From assembly GCA_000826855.1 (NCBI GenBank), contig JTLS01000001.1, positions 62,001 through 97,325 on the forward strand: a stretch of DNA of 35,325 nt, read 5' to 3'. The notes below the pieces were generated by a model. That model had not been told where the DNA came from, ran no database searches, and was given only the letters and a program-made list of their open reading frames with translations. Positions within the stretch are counted from its first letter, which is position 1. Every line of letters begins with the position of its first letter. Below, piece by piece: positions 34,557 to 35,325 of this stretch. Both the position numbers and the translations under genes were made by a program. Origin of the DNA: Basidioascus undulatus (Eukaryota).

Positions 34557-35325
34557 TCATCGCATCCCCGCCCCGCCCACCGCCTCCCACGCCCCGACAC
34601 ACATCGCGTCCCACCCCGCATCCTCCTCCACCTCCTTCCCTCCCTCCGCGCGGACGGTCGCCCGCCACACGCGCACGACGGGCGGGATGTGTCGCTCGAT
34701 CATCCGCCCCGTGAGGGCGCAGGGCTGGTTGTAGAGGGTTGTGAGGGAGGCGAGTAGGGACTGCGCAGGGGGAGAAGGGGGGGCAGTTGGGTGAGGGAGA
34801 GAAGAAAGAAGGGTTCAAGGGAGGAGTGGACGCACAAGCACGAAGGGCACGTTGGACTGCGGGTTGCTGGGGCGCGGGGCGAAGGGCGAGGTGGAGGGCG
34901 AGAGGGCGGAGGTGCAGTGCTGGGTGAGCGCTTGGAACACGGCGTGGTCCGAGATGTGGTAGGGCTTCTTGTTCTGCGGGCAAAGCACCACCATGTCAGT
35001 CATCCTGGACGGCTCAAGAAGGGGAAAGACAAGAACAGGAAGGGGAAACAGAGAAAGAGGAAGCGCAGGACGAACCGTCTCCAACGGCCCAAAGAACACG
35101 ATCCTCCTCACAACTGCGCCCTCCTCCCCCGTCCACTCCACATAAAGCACCGCCCTCCAGCTCCCCTCGCACAGCGCGTCCACCAGGTCCTCCCGCTCCT
35201 CCGGGAGCGCGTACTTGACGCCCCTGCCGCTCTCGCTCTCGGCCGCGAGGTGCCCACGCAGGGCGGCGGGGGTGTAGAGGTCGGGCGGCGGGGAGGAGAG
35301 CGGGAAGGGGCGCGGGAGGCGCTGT
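34557..35325 (-). CDS. 3' part of a probable Mediator subunit Med27-like gene, entering from the window end
   Basis: Spliced ...VRRIVFFGPLET|NKKPYHISDHAVFQALTQH...VPFVL|SLLASLTTLYNQPCALTGRMIERHIPPVVRVWR...WDAMCVGAWEAVGGAGMR*. Resembles the recalled Med27 C-terminal pattern SxxxVFQxLT...LFxxPCxxCG...PPxxR. Confidence 0.55.

Overview
GC-rich, very intron-dense eukaryotic DNA. Gene content and splice signals (GTRNGT donors, CTRAY branch points, YAG acceptors, mostly 50-90 nt introns) point to a basidiomycete fungus, so the supplied ORF track is largely uninformative. I rebuilt the genes by splicing by eye, and all family assignments are from recalled motifs, not searches. In order the window holds: two tandem FUSC/ArAE-type membrane-protein paralogues, SPF45, an ABM-domain protein, a Ctr copper transporter, a decayed membrane-protein gene, a pyridoxal-reductase-type AKR, FUN14, VMA16, MIA40, a frameshifted P-loop pseudogene, a LaeA-like methyltransferase, a full-length ABCB/MDR transporter with about 53 introns, a decayed partial copy of that transporter, tRNA-Asn(GTT), a small acidic protein and the 3' end of a Med27-like gene. 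Two observations stand out. (1) The ABC transporter needs a 58-nt AT-AC intron that carries major-spliceosome (U2-type) signals. (2) A 122-aa protein looks like the H2A.Z-binding tail of ANP32E expressed on its own, without the LRR domain.
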